DNA of 64,000 nucleotides from Escherichia coli (GTDB lineage Bacteria; Pseudomonadota; Gammaproteobacteria; Enterobacterales; Enterobacteriaceae): NCBI RefSeq assembly GCF_024223415.1, contig NZ_CP100500.1; one strand, 5' to 3'. Shown piece by piece: positions 62,680 to 64,000 of this stretch (position 1 is its first letter; each line of letters starts with the position of its first letter). The notes under the pieces were generated by a model. It saw only the letters and a program-made list of their open reading frames with translations, ran no database searches and was not told where the DNA came from. The position numbers and the translations under genes were made by a program.

Positions 62680-63575
62680 TTCATAGTCCTTACTTTATGA
62701 AGGTTGCAGGAAGAAGGAATTACGTAAATACTGAGGGCACAGAAAGGCCGTACCACGGCATTAATAAAAGAGATAACCAGCAGCACAGACAACCTGATAA
62801 AAATGTTTTGTATTACCTCATTACAGCAACGAGGTAATATTTCAGAATACAGTGAGACTCTCTTAAACTGAGGACCAGTACGACTTACAACGGTAAAAAC
62901 ACACCTCATATAATTGAGTTTCAGGAAGCACCATTCAATTACTGTCTCCCTGACATTCACAAAAGTCAGTATCGGGTAGCTACAGGCAACATCGCTATTG
63001 ATACTCCCGCACCATTAAATAAAAACAGAGACTCTGCAGAGAGAGCCTACAGATATTTAACCTCTCCACATAAGAATAATGGTATACAGTCCCCACACCA
63101 TCAAAAGATTGCTTCAGGATAATATTTCCTCATACCTGTAAACAGTACTGAGCCATAACACCAAAACTGAAGATAACATGCACTGATACGTACTTAACAT
63201 CAGTTACGTATCAGACACACATCAGTGGATTAGCTCCCTCAACATCACAGCGAACATTATAATTTATCGCACTACTAAACACTCTCTGGCTGTATGAAGG
63301 CACATGCATTACGCATCTACGGAATGGTCAGCATACAGAGGAGTGACATTGTAAACAGATAACAGATAACATAACTCCCATTAATAATACTAATTAACCT
63401 AAATTATTTATTGAATACGAGAACAATGAGGGAACCTCCTCATCCAGGACTAATGCCAGCAATATCCTGAGCAACACTCTATCCAATAGTAAATAATGGT
63501 TATAACTGTTATATTTACTGACTGACCTGTACCAGCGTTCTGTAATACAACAACGCTGAGATGCTAATGGCATAA

Positions 63576-63602
63576 GTCTCCTCCGCTATTTACGGAGGAG
63601 AC
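63576..63602 (-). terminator. possible terminator hairpin downstream of the 63629..63946 gene
   Basis: Perfect 10-bp stem GTCTCCTCCG / CGGAGGAGAC with 7-nt loop, 27 nt past the stop; weak U-tract. Confidence 0.35.
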
Positions 63603-63628
63603 TATATGTTACTCAACGATTAAGTCAT

Positions 63629-63946
63629 TCAGAGGTCAAAGTTAGGTGCGACATACCACGTTTTATCGTCCATAAGCTGTACAACTCTGTTTTGCTCATA
63701 CAGTAAATCCAGTAACCAGTTGAGTTTATCTTTTTTACGGAAACGATTCGGGCCACGCTGTAAAATGTCATTTTTTTTCATACAGGGAACCCCCTTCTCA
63801 ATGCAATAGCTTTTTATCCAGTTAAAAAGTTCAAGCTCCTCCGGAATGAGTCGCATAGTTACGGTCTGGGCAGAGTTTTCAAACGTTAACGGACTGGATA
63901 ACCGAATATACTCATTACCGTACCATATTGCTAATTCTCTCGCCAT
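63629..63946 (-). CDS. hypothetical protein
   Basis: 105-aa ORF at the window edge; no family recognised. Confidence 0.4.
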   Translation of the reverse strand: MARELAIWYGNEYIRLSSPLTFENSAQTVTMRLIPEELELFNWIKSYCIEKGVPCMKKNDILQRGPNRFRKKDKLNWLLDLLYEQNRVVQLMDDKTWYVAPNFDL

Positions 63947-64000
63947 TTCAGCTGTGTAGGGGGAAATGTCACCTTCCTCACCGCTGACATGGTGAATAAG

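Overview
Enterobacterial (Escherichia/Shigella-type) chromosome. Positions 1-5620 are conserved core: the 3' end of trxB, cydD, cydC, aat, infA and tRNA-Ser(GGA) serW, each with a recognisable terminator. Directly after the serW terminator and through to the window end (about 5.7-64 kb) lies a mosaic accessory island. It starts with a CP4-like prophage-remnant module on the minus strand (YeeP-like GTPase, antigen 43, DUF932, antirestriction, RadC-like, DUF987, cbeA/cbtA toxin-antitoxin, YeeW-like). An intact 2442-bp IS66-family element with 8-bp target duplications sits at the second codon of antigen 43, cutting it off from its three-GATC phase-variation switch. The cbeA antitoxin carries an in-frame amber stop while the cbtA toxin is intact, and an unrecognised gene is inserted between the DUF987 gene and cbeA. 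Cargo further on includes afuABC iron uptake, a biotin-dependent PxpABC-like carboxylase operon, a MocR/GabT-like/permease module, lldD and lldP paralogues, an MFS transporter, an orphan IS21 istA, an Rpn nuclease, three YagK/YfjJ-family genes, a tandem pair of zinc-ribbon genes, a sugar-acid module, a sigma-54-controlled adhP/aldB operon with an AcoR-like activator, an amino-acid symporter and Hha-like and CaiF/GrlA-like regulators. The strongest candidate for an undescribed system is a 783-aa primase-polymerase (AEP-like) domain fused to an SF2 DExH helicase, next to a YagK/YfjJ-family HUH-like gene and flanked by GATC-rich repeats (59.2-62.7 kb). No rRNA, CRISPR array or integrase was found. 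All calls rest on reading the ORF translations and DNA by eye; no database search was run.
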